A stretch of DNA of 64,000 bases from Dehalococcoidia bacterium (lineage in GTDB: Bacteria > Chloroflexota > Dehalococcoidia > GIF9 > AB-539-J10), in contig JAUWOR010000004.1 of NCBI GenBank assembly GCA_030612025.1, positions 64,001 through 128,000 of the forward strand, given 5' to 3'. The position numbers were made by a program, and so were the translations under genes. A model generated the notes under the pieces. It was not told where the DNA came from. It made no database searches and saw nothing but the letters and a program-made list of their open reading frames with translations. Within the stretch, counting starts at the first letter, position 1; the number at the start of each line of letters is the position of its first letter. Below are positions 28,144 through 38,620 of the stretch, piece by piece.

Positions 28144-28306
28144 AGAGTATAGAGAGTCCGCTACTTATAGTGGACGAATTGAGCATAGCCGAAGGCGATA
28201 CTGGAGACTGGTAGCAATGTCGGAAGGAGGTGGTGCTATGTAGAAAGAATGTATGCTGGGGAAGGGTGAGGAGCGCATTAACTTTTAAGAAAGGAGGTAA
28301 TTAAAA

Positions 28307-29596
28307 GTGGCGGAAAGACGTAGAGGTGGTTATTTTGGTTTTCCCCTGATATATAAGATAGCGATAGGACTGGGTGTGGGGATTGTTGTGGGGATTATTG
28401 CTGGACCTGCCATAGCGCCAGTAAAACCACTGGGAGATTTCTTTGTGACATTGCTTAAAATGTGTATCATGCCAATAGTCCTCTTTTCCCTTGTGGTGGG
28501 TGCAGCAAGTATATCGCCGGCACGCGGAGTGAGAATCGGCGTCAAGACGATAGTTTTTTACTTAGTAACTACATTTATTGCCGTCCTGATAGGTTTAGCT
28601 ATAGCAAACCTATTCAAGCCAGGATTGGGATTGGCACTTGTTGGAGAAGAGGTAGTAAAGGAGGTAGCAGCACCGGCAATAAAAGATGTTTTGCTCGGGC
28701 TAATACCAAAGAATCCCTTCGCGGCTTTAGCGGAAGGAAAGGTATTGCCCACAATAGTATTCGCTATACTAGTGGGAACAGCGTTGTCTTACCTCAAAGA
28801 GATGAAAGTTCCCAGAATCAGCGAAGCTGCCGACACTGTATTAAGAGTTTGTGACGGATTAGCTGAAGTGATGTATAAGTTGGTTCGCTGGATATTGGAG
28901 ATTGCACCTTATGGTGTATTTGCCTTGATAGCGGTAGTTGTTGGTACGCAAGGGGCAAAGGTTTTGGGTCCCTTGGGCGTTGTCACTGGGGCAGTATATT
29001 TAGGCCTCATTATTCATTATTTAGTAGTCTACGGAGGAGCGTTAAGAATATGGGGCTTTAATCCGGCCAGATTTTGGCCCAGAGCTAGAGACGCCTCGCT
29101 TACAGCTTTTGTCACTAGAAGCAGCAGCGGAACTTTACCAGTTACAATGACCGTTGCCAGAGAAAAGCTGGGGATTGATAGAGGTATATACTCTTTCACG
29201 CTACCACTTGGTGCCACTATAAACATGGATGGGACCTGTCTGTATCAGGCTGTTTGTGCCATGTTCATCGCCAATGCGGTAGGAATGCCCTTGGCAATAG
29301 GGGCACAGATGCTAGTTATGATTACAGCGGTTTTAGCCTCTATAGGAACAGCCGGAGTCCCCGGGGCTGGTGCAATAATGCTGCTCCTGGTTCTTGAGTC
29401 AGTGGGGCTACCTGTTGAAGCAGGAACATCCGTGGCGCTAGCTTATGGTATGATTCTGGGCATTGACGCCATACTGGATATGGGCAGAACAAGCCTGAAT
29501 GTTACTGGCGATCTGGCAGTGACTTCAATAATAGCGAAAACTGAGAACATGATTAATTTAGACTTTTGGCGTGGAGGAGCAAAAGCTAAGGCATAA
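28307..29596 (+). CDS. Dicarboxylate/amino acid:cation symporter (GltPh-like, Asp/Glu)
   Basis: [38 protein letters not shown]. Confidence 0.93.
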   Translation: MAERRRGGYFGFPLIYKIAIGLGVGIVVGIIAGPAIAPVKPLGDFFVTLLKMCIMPIVLFSLVVGAASISPARGVRIGVKTIVFYLVTTFIAVLIGLAIANLFKPGLGLALVGEEVVKEVAAPAIKDVLLGLIPKNPFAALAEGKVLPTIVFAILVGTALSYLKEMKVPRISEAADTVLRVCDGLAEVMYKLVRWILEIAPYGVFALIAVVVGTQGAKVLGPLGVVTGAVYLGLIIHYLVVYGGALRIWGFNPARFWPRARDASLTAFVTRSSSGTLPVTMTVAREKLGIDRGIYSFTLPLGATINMDGTCLYQAVCAMFIANAVGMPLAIGAQMLVMITAVLASIGTAGVPGAGAIMLLLVLESVGLPVEAGTSVALAYGMILGIDAILDMGRTSLNVTGDLAVTSIIAKTENMINLDFWRGGAKAKA

Positions 29597-29599
29597 TAA

Positions 29600-30724
29600 T
29601 TGATACCTTTCAAGGTAGTCTGCTGTAATTGTGGAAAGGAGGCCCGCAGGGGTGAATGGCGGTGGCGGGATGATTGTGGGGGTGTATTTGATATTGTCCT
29701 CGATTTCCAAGGAAGGGAATTTCCAGAATTAGTAGATGTAAAAGAGGAAAATATCAGGAGATATGCTCAATTTCTCCCTGTAGAAGGCCTCCCTTCCGTG
29801 CACCAAGGGTGGACTCCAATAGTCAAGAAAACTATAGCTGGAGTTGAGGTTAACTTCAAACTTGAGTACTTAAGCCTGGGAGGTTCTTTCAAGGACAGAG
29901 GGGCTTATGTTAGCACAGCAAAAGCTAAGGAACTGGGTGTAAAAGGGATAATTGTAGATTCCTCGGGTAATGCAGGGATAAGTTTCACTCTCATGGGTCT
30001 CCTTTCCGGAATAAATGTTGACGTGTTTGTCCCCAAGCATGCCCCGGAAGGGAAAAAAAAATTGCTCAGACTTTTACAGGCCAATGTCCATGAAATTGAT
30101 GGAGATAGGATGGATGTTAATCGGGAAGCGATAAAAGCTGAAAGAGAGGGCTTTGTTTATGTCGGACATTGGTGGAATCCCTATTTTATAGAAGGCGAGA
30201 AAACTATGGCTTACGAAGCTTATGAGCAGATAGGTAGTAGTGACTATGTAGTAGTTCCCGTTGGGAGCGGTACCATTTTACTTGGTTTGTATAAAGGGTA
30301 TCAAGAATTAGTAGAACTCCAAGTTTTAAATAAGGTACCCGAAATTATCGCCGTCCAAGCTTGTGGCTACTCGAAGATATGCAGAGACCTCGGTGCTAAA
30401 GAAAGGTGTCTAACTAAATCGAAGCTTGCTGATGGTATAGCTATAGCTGATCCACCGAGGAGACGACAAATAGTGGAGGCAGTGAAAAGGACGAATGGGC
30501 ATGCCATCATAGTTGAAGATGAGGAAATAAAAGAGTCCTTGGTAGAATTGAGGCGACTTGGCTTTATTGTTGAACCTACCAGCGCAGTGCCTTATGTAGC
30601 CTTAAAGCAATCCATAAAAGAGGGTTTCATCAAACCTGGAAGCAAAGTTCTGTTGCCCTTAACAGGCTCTGGGCTGAAATTGGTGGATGAACTTATAGAA
30701 ATAAAAGAATGTTTAAAAATGTAG
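29600..30724 (+). CDS. Threonine synthase-like fold-type II PLP enzyme
   Basis: GSFKDRG, DSSGNAG, EGEKTMAYE, PVGSG, VEPTSA, LTGSGLK. Confidence 0.85.
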   Translation: MIPFKVVCCNCGKEARRGEWRWRDDCGGVFDIVLDFQGREFPELVDVKEENIRRYAQFLPVEGLPSVHQGWTPIVKKTIAGVEVNFKLEYLSLGGSFKDRGAYVSTAKAKELGVKGIIVDSSGNAGISFTLMGLLSGINVDVFVPKHAPEGKKKLLRLLQANVHEIDGDRMDVNREAIKAEREGFVYVGHWWNPYFIEGEKTMAYEAYEQIGSSDYVVVPVGSGTILLGLYKGYQELVELQVLNKVPEIIAVQACGYSKICRDLGAKERCLTKSKLADGIAIADPPRRRQIVEAVKRTNGHAIIVEDEEIKESLVELRRLGFIVEPTSAVPYVALKQSIKEGFIKPGSKVLLPLTGSGLKLVDELIEIKECLKM

Positions 30725-30837
30725 TTGCCCAATTTATTGGGCGACTGTGCCTGATAAATCAGGCAACTACAAAAATTTGGGGGTGAAACACCTCTGAGAT
30801 GGCTGAAATTGAACGGGGAATCAAAATTAAACAGCCT
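30706..30837. mobile_element. MITE/REPIN-like element copy (left end degenerate)
   Basis: Near-identical to 2778-2943 minus one internal hairpin; supplies the upstream gene's stop codon. Confidence 0.8.
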
Positions 30838-30863
30838 TAAAATAAGTTAGGGGGTGAGTTGAG

Positions 30864-32075
30864 ATGGCGCCACTTATAAGTAAGTTAGGAGGGGAGATAA
30901 AGCCCTCGGCGACTCTTCGCTTAATGGAGGAGGTAAGCTCTCTAGAAAAAGAGTATGGCTTTAAAATTATAGATCTCACTTCTGGACAGCCAGATAGAGG
31001 TCCCACTGAAGATGTTTTAGCAGCTCTTTTCGAGGGAGGCAAGCTCAGCAGATATGGACCGGTGCAAGGTGACCCCGAGTTAAGGGAAATATTGTCGGGA
31101 GTAATAAATAAAGAAATTGGCGTGAGGTATGACCCCCAAGATATAGCAATTACCGTTGGGGCGAAAGGTGGCCTAGACATATTGATGAGGGTTTTACTTG
31201 AGCCAGGAGAGAGTATGGGGATTATGACTCCATTCTGGGTTACCTACCCCGAATCTGTGAAAATAGCCTATGGTATCCCTTGTTTTCTGGAGCCAGATGG
31301 AGGTCTGAGACCAAATCCAGAAAAATTAGGGAGAGAAATAGAAGCTAAGAACATAAAGGTGTTGCTCTATAGCTCACCGTGCAATCCTTCGGGCGTTGTT
31401 TATACCAGGGATGAGCTAGAGGAAATAGCCAAGATTGTGAAAGAAAAAGATATATGGGTTATAGCTGATGAAATTTACAATAAGTTTCTCTTTGACGGTA
31501 AAAAGCATGAGAGCATATTGTCAATCGAAGGTCTAAGAGATAATGCAATATTGGTTGATGGCCCGTCTAAGAGATTTGGTGTTCCTGGCTGGAGATTGGG
31601 ATTCGTTGCTGGCCCAAGTGAAGTTATCAAAGCACTAACAAAATTACAAGGGCATATCAATTCTGGAGCTTCGAGGCCAAATCAATATGCTATGCGTGTT
31701 GCTTACACCAGCCAAAAGGCTAAGGAAGCTACTGATAACATGAGACAAAGATATGAAAGGAATAGAAATATTTTTGTCAAGGGCTTGAATGAGATTGATG
31801 GCATTAGTTGCCTTAAGCCAGAAGGGGCATTTTACGCCTTTCCTAGCATCGATAATTTCTTTGGCTCTAAATATGAATTTGCTGGTAAGGAATACATAAT
31901 AAAGACGTCTGCAGATTTTCGCGATTTTTTGTTAAGAAAAGCACAAGTAGCTGGAGTTGAAGGTGCTCCATTTGGGATGGATAGCCATATTAGATTTTCC
32001 CTAGCAACCGGGGAAGAAAATATTGTAAATGCACTGAATTATATCAACCATGCGATGAAGGAGTTACACTTATAG
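30864..32075 (+). CDS. Class I PLP aminotransferase (AspC-like)
   Basis: SPCNPSG, ADEIY, GPSKRFGVPGWRLG, PEGAFY, IRFS. Confidence 0.9.
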   Translation: MAPLISKLGGEIKPSATLRLMEEVSSLEKEYGFKIIDLTSGQPDRGPTEDVLAALFEGGKLSRYGPVQGDPELREILSGVINKEIGVRYDPQDIAITVGAKGGLDILMRVLLEPGESMGIMTPFWVTYPESVKIAYGIPCFLEPDGGLRPNPEKLGREIEAKNIKVLLYSSPCNPSGVVYTRDELEEIAKIVKEKDIWVIADEIYNKFLFDGKKHESILSIEGLRDNAILVDGPSKRFGVPGWRLGFVAGPSEVIKALTKLQGHINSGASRPNQYAMRVAYTSQKAKEATDNMRQRYERNRNIFVKGLNEIDGISCLKPEGAFYAFPSIDNFFGSKYEFAGKEYIIKTSADFRDFLLRKAQVAGVEGAPFGMDSHIRFSLATGEENIVNALNYINHAMKELHL

Positions 32076-32157
32076 CTTTTGCAGTCAGTAAAATTCCCAG
32101 TTTTGCTAACCTCCATCTTTATCAATCAATCTCTATTATGTTACACTTAATCTAGAT

Positions 32158-32231
32158 GTCCCTGTAGCTCAGATGGATAGAGCGGCTGCCTTCTAAGCAG
32201 CGGGTCGTGGGTTCGAATCCCTCCAGGGACG
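32158..32231 (+). tRNA. tRNA-Arg(TCT)
   Basis: GTCCCTG/CAGGGAC acceptor stem, GCTGC-CTTCTAA-GCAGC anticodon arm, GGTTCGAATCC; CCA not encoded. Confidence 0.95.
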
Positions 32232-32260
32232 CGGCAAGTTTGAAAGGGGTTAGAAGGATA

Positions 32261-33049
32261 ATGGAAAATCCGTCAGTAAAAGAACTTCTGGAAGCGGGGG
32301 CTCACTTTGGTCATCCGGCTAGCTATTGGCACCCTAAGATGAGAAAATATATCTTTACCCAGCGCAACGGAATACATATCATTGATTTAGAAAAGACAGT
32401 TACGATGTTAGACGAGGCATGTGCCTTTGCCCGAGACCTAGCAGCCAGCGGGCAAATTATCCTCTTTGTCGGCACTAAGAAACAAGCCCAACAAGTGATA
32501 GAGGAAGAAGCTAAAAGATGTGCCATGCATTATGTCAATCAAAGGTGGCTTGGAGGAATGCTAACTAATTTTGCCACTATACAAGCTCGGATTGATTATC
32601 TGGTTCGTTTGGAAGATAAGAGAGAGAAAGGCGAGTTCGATCAGTTATCTAAGAAAGAAAGGGTGAAATTAGAAAAGAAAATCTTGAGGTTAAATGAACA
32701 AATGGGTGGTTTTAAGGAAATGACTGCTCTCCCTGGAGCTCTTTTCATCGCCGACCCTATTAAGGACAAAATTGCCTTTGCTGAGGCCAAAAAACTGGAT
32801 ATTCCTGTAATAGCCATCGCAGATACTAATTGTAATCCCGATAATATTGATTACCCCATCCCCGCTAACGATGATGCTATCAAAGCAATCAAACTGATTT
32901 GTGCCAGAATAGCTGATGCCATAATTGAAGGCAAAGGAATACAAACTTCTGAAGAAGTAGAGGCTGCTGGGTTACCCTCCGCCGAGACAGAAGAGCCCGT
33001 CGAAATTTTAGGTTCTTATACCTTTAATCCGGAGGAGGATCAACCCTAG
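32261..33049 (+). CDS. rpsB: 30S ribosomal protein S2
   Basis: [33 protein letters not shown]; start reassigned to 32261. Confidence 0.96.
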   Translation: MENPSVKELLEAGAHFGHPASYWHPKMRKYIFTQRNGIHIIDLEKTVTMLDEACAFARDLAASGQIILFVGTKKQAQQVIEEEAKRCAMHYVNQRWLGGMLTNFATIQARIDYLVRLEDKREKGEFDQLSKKERVKLEKKILRLNEQMGGFKEMTALPGALFIADPIKDKIAFAEAKKLDIPVIAIADTNCNPDNIDYPIPANDDAIKAIKLICARIADAIIEGKGIQTSEEVEAAGLPSAETEEPVEILGSYTFNPEEDQP

Positions 33050-33058
33050 GTTATTTGA

Positions 33059-33562
33059 ATGAGGGTATCAACCAAGGCTATTAAAGAGGTAAGAGGCAGA
33101 ACTGAAGCTGGTATACTTGAGTGTAAGGATGCTTTGCTAGAAGCAGGTGGAGATATAGAAAAGGCAGTCAAAGTTTTGAAATGCCGTGGGCTAGTAATTG
33201 CGGGAAAAAAGGCGGAGCGTATTGCCAATGAAGGAGTAATTGAAGCTTACGTCCATCACACTGGGCGGGTAGGAGCATTAGTAGAGCTAAACTGTGAAAC
33301 TGATTTTGTGGCTCGCACGGATGAATTTAGACAGCTTGCTCACGACTTAGCCATGCAAGTAGCTGCTACATCTCCACAGTTTATCACCGCGGCAGAAATC
33401 CCAGCAGGGGCGGGGTTAGAGCCTCAAGAAGCTTGTCTCCTTCTCCAGCCCTTTATCAAAGAGTTCGATAAGACTGTAGAGGAAATTATCGCCGAAACAA
33501 TAGCTAAAGTGGGCGAGAATATAAAGGTGCGCCAGTTTGCTAGATTTGAACTCGGCTGTTAG
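33059..33562 (+). CDS. tsf: Elongation factor Ts (short form)
   Basis: ELNCETDFVA, GENIKVRQFARFELG. Confidence 0.95.
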   Translation: MRVSTKAIKEVRGRTEAGILECKDALLEAGGDIEKAVKVLKCRGLVIAGKKAERIANEGVIEAYVHHTGRVGALVELNCETDFVARTDEFRQLAHDLAMQVAATSPQFITAAEIPAGAGLEPQEACLLLQPFIKEFDKTVEEIIAETIAKVGENIKVRQFARFELGC

Positions 33563-33596
33563 CTATTGGCGTTCTTGTCTTTACTGATAACCGATC

Positions 33597-34154
33597 ATGG
33601 TAGAAGAAATACTTATCGAACTGAACTCAAAAATGCAAAAGGCTGTTGATGGCTTAGCCCGCGAGTTAACTATTATCCGCACTGGACGAGCTAACCCAGC
33701 GATAGTTGAGAATATTATGGTTGATTATCACGGCGCGCTTATTCCCATCCACCAGATCGCCACTATATCGGTGCCTGAGGCTAATTTAATTGTTATCCAA
33801 CCTTGGGATCGTACCTCATTACGTAATATCGAGAAAGCTATTCTTAAAGCTGATATTGGCCTTAATCCTCTAAATGACAGCAATGTAATTCGGGTGGTTA
33901 TTCCTCCCCTAAGTGAGGAACGGCGTATAAAGCTAGCCAAATTGGTGTCTAAAAGAATAGAGGAGCGGCGAGTAGTATTACGCAATATAAGGCGAGACAG
34001 CATCGCAAAATTAAGACAAATGGAGAAAAGTAAGGAAATATCACAAGACAAGCTTGAGGATTCTATTAAACAAGTCGATAAGATTAGCGAGAGCTTTATA
34101 AACAAAGCAAACGAAATAGGTCAGAAAAAGGAAAAGGAGATAAGGGAAGAATAA
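33597..34154 (+). CDS. frr: Ribosome recycling factor
   Basis: IRTGRANP, IQPWD, PPLSEERR, RNIRRD. Confidence 0.95.
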   Translation: MVEEILIELNSKMQKAVDGLARELTIIRTGRANPAIVENIMVDYHGALIPIHQIATISVPEANLIVIQPWDRTSLRNIEKAILKADIGLNPLNDSNVIRVVIPPLSEERRIKLAKLVSKRIEERRVVLRNIRRDSIAKLRQMEKSKEISQDKLEDSIKQVDKISESFINKANEIGQKKEKEIREE

Positions 34155-34188
34155 TCTACAGCGGCATGAAAGCTGATAAAATTGACTT

Positions 34189-34989
34189 ATGCTTAAGCAA
34201 AGGATTTTCACTGCTGCTGTAGGTGTACCTCTCATCATTCTCGCTGTTTGGTTTGGCGATCCTTGGTTTAGCCTTCTTATCGCTGCCGTAGTATTGCTCG
34301 GCACCTTTGAGTTCTATCACATGTCTACCAACCTCAATAAGAGGTACCCCCTAACTTATTTTGGCTCGTCATGGGCACTGGTACTCGCCCTGAGCCCTCA
34401 CTATGCAAATCTATTACCTATAGTTATGACAGCCGCTGTGGTGATTTCCCTAGTCTGGCTGTTACGACTCTCACCTCAGAAGAAAGCATTCTATGATTGG
34501 GCTTGGCTAGTAGCTGGCGTTCTTTATGTAGGGTGGATGCTCAGTTACTGGGTCAACTTGCGCATTTTAGAAGATGGGAAAGGTTGGGTTTACTTGGCAC
34601 TACTCACTACGTTTGCCAATGACACAGGCGCCTTTTTTGTTGGAAGAGCATGGGGCAAGCACAAGCTAGCCTCTGCTATAAGCCCAGGTAAAACTTGGGA
34701 AGGAGCCTTGGGTGGCTTCGTAAGCGCTATTATAGTTGCTGTAGCAATATCCAAGATTCCTGTCTTCTTTTCTCATTCACTCCTTGGATACTGTCAAGCC
34801 ATGCTCCTAGGCTGCCTTATTAGCCTCTTTGCTCAACTTGGTGACCTGGTTGAATCTTTGCTCAAGCGCAACATGGGGGTGAAAGAGTCAGGCAAGCTGT
34901 TGCCAGGGCATGGTGGTATTCTTGACCGCTTTGACAGCCTTATTTTTGTCGGGGCAATGGTATACTATTATGTAATATGGACCGTATAA
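34189..34989 (+). CDS. cdsA: Phosphatidate cytidylyltransferase
   Basis: ISPGKTWEG, GDLVESLLKR, LPGHGGILDRFD. Confidence 0.95.
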   Translation: MLKQRIFTAAVGVPLIILAVWFGDPWFSLLIAAVVLLGTFEFYHMSTNLNKRYPLTYFGSSWALVLALSPHYANLLPIVMTAAVVISLVWLLRLSPQKKAFYDWAWLVAGVLYVGWMLSYWVNLRILEDGKGWVYLALLTTFANDTGAFFVGRAWGKHKLASAISPGKTWEGALGGFVSAIIVAVAISKIPVFFSHSLLGYCQAMLLGCLISLFAQLGDLVESLLKRNMGVKESGKLLPGHGGILDRFDSLIFVGAMVYYYVIWTV

Positions 34990-36236
34990 AGAAAATAGCT
35001 ATCTTAGGTTCAACGGGTTCCATAGGGCGGCAAGTTCTGGATGTGATACGTGCCCTTTCTGCTAGATTTCAGGTGGTAGGTTTAGCCGGGGGTAAAAATC
35101 TCAAGCTTCTGGAAAAGCAAATAGCCAAATTTCAACCTGAGATGTTTTATTCCTCAGTCGAGCCTGACTTTACCTATAGAGGCGAATTCTTATCCATGGA
35201 ACAAATAGCCAGCCATCCAGATGTTGACCTGGTCATCATAGCCACTTCAGGCAAAGCAGGGTTGTATCCTACTTTAGCAGCTCTAAAGGCAGGCAAAACA
35301 GTAGCTTTAGCCAACAAGGAAGTATTGGTGATGGCGGGGGAAATTATCGTTCGTGAGGCTAAAAGCTATCAAGCTCAAATTCTGCCTATTGATAGTGAGC
35401 TTAGTGCTATCTGGCAATGCTTGCAAGGGGAGGAAAATAAACCACAAAGAATTTTTTTAACTGCTTCTGGTGGGCCTTTCTACCACTATTCCCAGCCGGA
35501 ATTAAGAAAAGTAACGGTAGAGCAAGCCCTTCATCACCCTACCTGGAAAATGGGGAGGAAGATCACTATTGACTCGGCCACACTTCTGAATAAAGGATTA
35601 GAGGCTATTGAAGCTCATTGGCTTTTCGCTATTCCTTTTGAGAGCATTGAGATATTAATTCATCCACAAAGTATCATTCACTCCATGGTAGAGTTTATGG
35701 ACGGTTCAATAAAAGCGCAGCTCAGCTTTCCCGATATGAGGTTGCCCATCCAATATGCCCTTTGTTATCCTGAGAGGTTGCCCAATTCAGAGCTACCACG
35801 CCTCAACTGGAACAAAATCCAATCTCTAAACTTCGAGCCAGTAGAGCAAAACAGATTTCCTTGTCTTAAATTGGCGCTGGATGCAGGTAAGCAAGGAGGA
35901 ACTTATCCTGTAGTACTTTGTGCTGCCGATGAAGTGGCCGTAGGGCTTTTTCTTAACAAGCGTATAAGCTTTACTGATATAGCTAGAATAGTGCAAGAAA
36001 CTTTGGAACAGCATCGTGGCATTGCTCAGCCATCCTTGGAAGAAATTCTAATTGCTGATGCCTGGGCAAGGGAATATGTTGAGCGTCTTTTCATTTGTTA
36101 TGGCAAGGCTTATCCTGCCCCCGAGCCCTTCGCTTCCTATCATTCTGAGGGAGCGAAGCGACCGAAAAATCTCGCTCAGGGTAAACTCCGCGAAGGGGAA
36201 GAAATTCGACGAGGCAATTTCAGGCCAGTGAGATAA
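34977..36236 (+). CDS. dxr: 1-deoxy-D-xylulose-5-phosphate reductoisomerase
   Basis: LGSTGSIG, LANKE, LTASGGPF, WKMG.KITIDSAT, NKGLE; repeat-derived C-terminal extension. Confidence 0.95.
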   Translation: MDRIKKIAILGSTGSIGRQVLDVIRALSARFQVVGLAGGKNLKLLEKQIAKFQPEMFYSSVEPDFTYRGEFLSMEQIASHPDVDLVIIATSGKAGLYPTLAALKAGKTVALANKEVLVMAGEIIVREAKSYQAQILPIDSELSAIWQCLQGEENKPQRIFLTASGGPFYHYSQPELRKVTVEQALHHPTWKMGRKITIDSATLLNKGLEAIEAHWLFAIPFESIEILIHPQSIIHSMVEFMDGSIKAQLSFPDMRLPIQYALCYPERLPNSELPRLNWNKIQSLNFEPVEQNRFPCLKLALDAGKQGGTYPVVLCAADEVAVGLFLNKRISFTDIARIVQETLEQHRGIAQPSLEEILIADAWAREYVERLFICYGKAYPAPEPFASYHSEGAKRPKNLAQGKLREGEEIRRGNFRPVR

Positions 36237-36239
36237 AAG

Positions 36240-37544
36240 ATGAACATTGCCATAGTTATTATTCTTTTTATTTTGACTCTGTTCGTTGTAATCTCCCTTC
36301 ATGAATTGGGGCATTTCATCGCTGCCAGGCGTGCCGGAGTGAAGGTAGAGGAGTTTGGCTTAGGTTTTCCTCCGCGACTTTTTGGCATCAAGCGAGGGGA
36401 GACAGTGTATTCGGTTAATGCTATACCACTGGGAGCTTTCGTCAAGAGTACTGGAGAAAATGACCCCACAGTACCAGGAAGCTTAGCGAGTAAAGGTTCA
36501 TGGAGCAGACTGGCAGTCTATGCTGCCGGCCCGGTAGCCAACATTTTTCTCGCTTTTATCTTGCTTAGTGCCTTCTTTACGCTACCTACAAATGTGCTAG
36601 TTGGCAATGGAGTCATGGTGCACTCCATAGTAGAGGGCTCGCCAGCGGAAGAAGTAGGTATCGAGCCTGGGGATATAATTCTGGAGGTGAATAGGCAGCC
36701 TGTTCATAAATGGGGAGATATACAAAATATGGTTAATTCAAGCAAAGAAGGTGAGGAAATAACCTTGCTTCTGCAAAGGAATGGGAGCCAGAGTGAAACC
36801 AGTTTGAAACCGGAGTTTGACCCGGCATTAGGACGGCGAGCAATAGGTGTCCTGCTTTGCTGGAATATAGTGAATCAAGTGGGGGAAGGTTCACCAGCGG
36901 CTAAAGCTGACATTAGACCTGGAGATACCATTTTAGGCATTAATGGACAAGCTATATACAACGGTGAAAGCATGTCACGCGCCCTAGCTTCTGCTGAAGA
37001 GGGAGGGAAAATACACATAGCTTTACTTAGAGGACAGGAAGAAATCATTAAAGAGTTTGATTCCGCCCAACAGGTGACGGGTATAAAGTTAAGCTGGGTG
37101 GATGGAGTTTGTATTGGGCAGGAGCGACTTCCTGTATGGAAGGCAGCCTACTTAGGAGGCTGGTATATTACCCATATGCCTGAGCTGATAGTAGCTTCCA
37201 TTCCCTTAATCAAAGAAGATCCTAGCAAGGCATTAGTAGGGCCAATAGGTGCTGGTCAGTTAACTGTAGAAGCAGTGAGAGCCTTTGGTTTCAGCAATAT
37301 GTTATTTATGGCGGGCATCATTAGTTTGGGGATTGGTTTATTTAATTTCTTCCCTATCCCTCCTTTAGACGGGGGGGGAATGCTAGTGGCACTTATTGAG
37401 GGAGTTAGGCGTGGAAAACGTCTCTCGTCTCGTGCTATGCGCTTGGCCTATACTATAGGCACTGCTTTTTTAATCACGCTGATGGTTCTGATAACCTTTT
37501 ATGATATCCTGCGATTAATCAAAGGTGGGAGCTTCGGATTATGA
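36240..37544 (+). CDS. rseP: RIP metalloprotease with PDZ domains
   Basis: HELGH, NFFPIPPLDGG, two PDZ-like repeats. Confidence 0.92.
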   Translation: MNIAIVIILFILTLFVVISLHELGHFIAARRAGVKVEEFGLGFPPRLFGIKRGETVYSVNAIPLGAFVKSTGENDPTVPGSLASKGSWSRLAVYAAGPVANIFLAFILLSAFFTLPTNVLVGNGVMVHSIVEGSPAEEVGIEPGDIILEVNRQPVHKWGDIQNMVNSSKEGEEITLLLQRNGSQSETSLKPEFDPALGRRAIGVLLCWNIVNQVGEGSPAAKADIRPGDTILGINGQAIYNGESMSRALASAEEGGKIHIALLRGQEEIIKEFDSAQQVTGIKLSWVDGVCIGQERLPVWKAAYLGGWYITHMPELIVASIPLIKEDPSKALVGPIGAGQLTVEAVRAFGFSNMLFMAGIISLGIGLFNFFPIPPLDGGGMLVALIEGVRRGKRLSSRAMRLAYTIGTAFLITLMVLITFYDILRLIKGGSFGL

Positions 37545-38602
37545 CACGTCGAGTTTCCAGACCTATAAGAATTGGCAGAGTAACAGTCGGTGGTGATGCC
37601 CCAGTTGTGGTGCAATCGATGACCAAAACTGACACTTGTGATGTTCCAGCCACCATAAATCAAATTAAGCAGCTAGAAGATTGTGGCTGCGAACTAGTGC
37701 GACTAGCAGTTCCAGATAAGGAAGCGGCTGAAAGCATTTCAGCGATAAAGAAGAATATTTCCTTGCCTCTTATTGCTGATATTCACTTTGACTACCGTTT
37801 GGCTTTAGCTGCTTTACAGGCTGGGATTGATGGGCTTCGCCTTAATCCAGGCAATATTCGCCATAAAGAGCAAATCGCCAAGGTAGTGGCTGAAGCTAAA
37901 AAAAGGGAAATACCCATCCGAGTCGGAGTAAATGCCGGTAGTTTACCAGCGAACTTTGAGCTTGATGCTCCGCTATCTGAGCGGATGGTTAACATGGCAT
38001 TGCAACAAATAAAGCTTTTGGAGAGCCTGGACTTTAATTTAATTAAGGTTTCTCTTAAAGCTTTTGATGTGTCCACTACCATTCAGGCTTACCAGCTAAT
38101 TGCTGACAAAATACCTTATCCTTTACACTTAGGTATCACTGAAGCGGGGCTTCCTCGATTTGGAGCTATACGCAGCGCTGTAGGCATTGGCATACTTCTT
38201 TATCAGGGGATTGGTGATACTATCCGTGTTTCCCTTACTGCTCACCCATGTGAGGAAGTATTTGTCGCTTATGAAATTCTAAAAAGCCTTGAACTTCGTC
38301 AGCGAGGTCCGACCTTGGTAAGCTGTCCTTCCTGCGGTCGAGCTGAAGTTGATGTCGTTACCCTGGCTGAAGCTGTAAATAAGCACCTTGCGCAGATAAG
38401 TAAACCGCTTAAAGTGGCGGTTATGGGCTGTGTAGTTAACGGTCCTGGCGAGGCTAGAGATGCTGATATAGGCATTGCTTGCGGCAAGGGGAAAGGTGCT
38501 ATATTTAGGAAGGGAAAGGTAGTAAGCACAGTAAAGGAGGAAAATTTCCTAGAAGCCTTAATGGCAGAAGTAAATTCCTTCTCCCTTAGGGGAGAGGGCT
38601 AG
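37541..38602 (+). CDS. ispG: HMBPP synthase
   Basis: VQSMT, ADIHF, RLNPGN, CPSCGR, MGCVVNGPGE. Confidence 0.96.
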   Translation: MTRRVSRPIRIGRVTVGGDAPVVVQSMTKTDTCDVPATINQIKQLEDCGCELVRLAVPDKEAAESISAIKKNISLPLIADIHFDYRLALAALQAGIDGLRLNPGNIRHKEQIAKVVAEAKKREIPIRVGVNAGSLPANFELDAPLSERMVNMALQQIKLLESLDFNLIKVSLKAFDVSTTIQAYQLIADKIPYPLHLGITEAGLPRFGAIRSAVGIGILLYQGIGDTIRVSLTAHPCEEVFVAYEILKSLELRQRGPTLVSCPSCGRAEVDVVTLAEAVNKHLAQISKPLKVAVMGCVVNGPGEARDADIGIACGKGKGAIFRKGKVVSTVKEENFLEALMAEVNSFSLRGEG

Positions 38603-38620
38603 GGCGAGGGTGAAACAAAA

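Noticed and set aside
28307-32231. tRNA-Arg as the integration site of the symporter block
   Set aside because: The block lies 5' of the tRNA, no duplicated tRNA fragment is visible, and there is no adjacent integrase.
32207-32260. N-terminal extension of RpsB in the ORF track
   Set aside because: Overlaps tRNA-Arg; ATG 32261 gives a normal N-terminus.
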